Shown: positions 61,468 to 64,000 of the stretch, one piece after another
How positions within the stretch are numbered: the first letter of the stretch is position 1
Layout of the letters: every line of letters begins with the position of its first letter
Assembly (NCBI GenBank): GCA_029953675.1
Contig: JAMWBK010000005.1
Coordinates: 2,604,001-2,668,000, forward strand
Direction of reading: 5' to 3'
Source of the DNA: Rhodosorus marinus CCMP1338
Taxonomy: Eukaryota > Plantae > Rhodophyta
DNA: 64,000 nt
Translations under genes and position numbers: made by a program
The notes under the pieces: generated by a model
Seen by the model: the letters and a program-made list of their open reading frames with translations, nothing else
Databases searched by the model: none
Told to the model about the DNA's origin: nothing

Positions 61468-64000
61468 TCATGGAAGTTCAGCCTGTCTCCTGATTGCCGC
61501 GAAGTAGGAGATATCGTTTGTAAGAGCATCCGCCGCATTGTTAAATGATTGAGCATCCGTAGGTCTGCCGAATTGCTCCTGCAGCTCCTTCCTCTCCTCA
61601 TCGGCCAAATGCATTTGGGACTTTAGCAGCTCCGTCAGGAAGTGGTCCATGAACATGCCATCAGAATTCTCAGATATTCTGTACAGAAGAAACCGAATGC
61701 GATCGGCGTACGCTGTGTGGATTCGGGCCATCAGGACTCCAAACAAGCTCTTAATCGTTGAGGGACCGATTTCAGTCCACTTGAAAGCTGGTCTAGAAAA
61801 AAGCCTCCTATTCGAATCCATCATCTCGATGTCGGTTAGCGCCGCCTCAACAACTCCAGGCTCGTTGTTAGTCAAGGCGAAAAGTATCCCTTCGATTGCT
61901 CGTCGGAAGAGTGGTGAATCCGGGATCACCTGGTTGGGATCGTTCGTCACGTACGCTTCCGATGTGTCTGCCGGGAAGAAGATATTCCATTGCCTCGACA
62001 GCGCTTCTCGCAGTGTCACCAGAGCAAGTACGCGGATCTCCGGGTTTTCTCCTTCAATGATATATTTTACACACAGCTCCACGGTTGGAATGACCATTGA
62101 CTCGGCCGAAGTCTGGGCCATCTCGGAGAGCTCCGACTGCAGCAGTTCAAAAAACGCGGCCAGAACAGGGTCGAAGTTCTCGCCAGGGGAGGCCTCGGAT
62201 ATCATCCTGAATACCTTCTCAATCATGTGCCTGGGAAGGTCCCCTACGAACTTGCGACCAAACGACAATCCCCTTGACAACATTCTCAAAATCATGCCAA
62301 TCGCGAGTCCATTCGTACCGAGCAGCAGTCGCCCAACGAGCTCACAGGAGGCCTTCACAATCTCGTCGCATCCAGACCATACAGCGTCCCTAGTCTTTCC
62401 GTACTCTTTTTCGGCGTTCTCAAAAACCAGCTGCAGACTTTGCACGCCCCGGCTCACAATGATCGTAAGCCTGTCGCTGTCTGGCAGCACACCTGGTTGA
62501 AAGCTCAAGGCAGAATACTCGGGCAAGGAGCACAGCAGAAAATTCTTAAAGGCAAGGCCACGCTGCTCCCATTCGGAATCCGAGATTTGGTTTGTGGTCA
62601 CGCTCTTTCCGCGATTCGGTATGAGGTACACTTGCATCGCGCAGTTGTTCAGCAAAGCCACTGCCCGATCCGAGTCTATTTGGGCCACACTCCCGGCATC
62701 GAGCGGTGGTGACTGGAACAGCAGAGGCCGTATCCTCGTGGTCAGCTGGCTGAGAAACTCTGCAGCGGCAACGGAAGCTGGGCGTTCGGACAGCACATTA
62801 CTTCTGCAGTCTTTCAAAGCAAACTCCGCAACGGACTTGGCCATGTCTGAATCGTTCTCCAGGGCACTGATCATGGACGAGATCGTTCGGTACGCTGCAG
62901 CACGCAGAGCCGGAGCCTCCCTCAAGCAGTAGACCGCTACCTGCTCGGTAAGAGGTCTAGAGCCCTCCTGAGCCGAGTCACCGAGCAACTGCAGCGCAAC
63001 CTTCCTGTCACGGACGTCGATACTTGAGTTCTTCAAAGCACTGAGCGAAAAATTCAAAGCCGCAGGCCTGATTTCCTCTGGATACAATCGTATCAACTCT
63101 GAAAGCACTTCCAGGCATTTCGAAATGTAGTCTGAACGTTCTGAGGCGATTCTACCACCCTCACCGTCTCCCTGAACAGTCGCCGCGTAGTTGAAGTTCT
63201 TGGGACTGTCTACTGTTTCGTCTTCGTCATCAGACCAGTACTCTAGAGTCTCGAGGACGTTCCCATTGCTCACAAAAAGCGCTTTTTGCAAGCACTCGTT
63301 GGCTAGCTCCATAAGCTGGCTTTTAAGGTGCTGCGCAGCAGTCGTTGCAGCCGTCACCACCTGCTCCGTCCCGGACTCAACAGTTTCTGCCAGTCTGTCA
63401 GCCACGACAATCCAGCATCGCTGTCCGGCTATGAAGATATCGGCACTCTGTGCGGATCTGGTTATCCTGAGAAGCTCGAAAAGACACTGCCCCAGTCTAG
63501 CTTCAAGAGCTGGATCGGTAGCCAACCGAATGATGAGCTTCTCAAGGAGAATCTCCGTCAGACTCAGTGTCAAGAGTTTACTCTTGGTCGATTCTCCAGA
63601 TACTGAGTTCAAAAGCTCTGTCAAATGAGTCAGAGCAGTAGCAGCATCTCCTGTAGTTAGGCTTCTCGTGCTGTAGGATTCCATCAGAGCTGTCAAGCAC
63701 GTGCATGAGGCATCATCCCCATACCTTCTGACGCTCGCAACCTGCGCAATTTTCGAGTATTTCCTTGTTAGCTTTGGGATTGAAAGACACTACCCGCCGA
63801 TACGTTTCTCATCTGTTGAAGCTTGTGACTGTGATGTGAAGTTACCTGTAGAGACCCGACGAATTTTTGGTTGTGGCGATGGGACTTAAGGAACCCGGCT
63901 ATCCCCTCTGCGCACAAGGCGGCAACCCGCACGTCTGTTATTCCGGAACGGTGCAGAGAATGAGCATTCAGTTTCAGGTCAGTCCTAGTCAGATTGGGCT
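61468..64000 (-). CDS. XPO6: Exportin-6-like (importin-beta family) protein; 5' part lies beyond the window
   Basis: The C-terminus PEIRVLALVTLREALSRQWNIFF ... RRLFSRPAF..LFGVLMARIHTAYADRIRFLLYRIS..FMDHFLTELL....QSFNNAADALTNDISYF resembles, from memory, XPO6 (PDVK..LHHNWRYFF; QKLYHKKIF..LLQVLVHKSHDLLQEEI..AIYNMA..FF..FLPEFL..PSFTQNVHRLVNDLRYY). The frame continues upstream of 63696. Confidence 0.7.

Overview
Eukaryotic nuclear DNA, most likely from a red alga. This is an inference from short GT-AG introns of about 60-190 nt, compact convergent gene pairs, and a plastid protein (APE1) whose transit peptide has an early Phe and no signal peptide. The gene-dense flanks carry conserved genes: SLC35F6-like transporter, mitochondrial IF3, UBA-PUB protein, MsrA, a GT2/GT7-like glycosyltransferase, NDUFV1, DPH7, organellar TopA, SWC6/ZNHIT1, APE1, SEC22, a peroxisomal ABCD transporter and an Exportin-6-like protein. 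The most unusual region is a gene-poor block (about 10.6-29.4 kb) with four intronless, same-strand paralogues of an 8-TM membrane protein that I cannot assign to a family. Each has its own TATA-like box. Two copies are identical over 1005 bp except for one synonymous base, and the identity ends exactly at the stop codon and 18 nt upstream of the ATG. Other oddities are a Ty3/gypsy RT relic split by an internal inversion with a fold-back junction, a second scrambled gypsy relic, a 116-copy perfect (GAGGAGGTTT) array running into the leader of a stand-alone NOX/ferric-reductase haem domain, and a diverged ~190-bp tandem array. All identifications come from motif recognition by eye; no searches were run. 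Exon boundaries are approximate unless stated.
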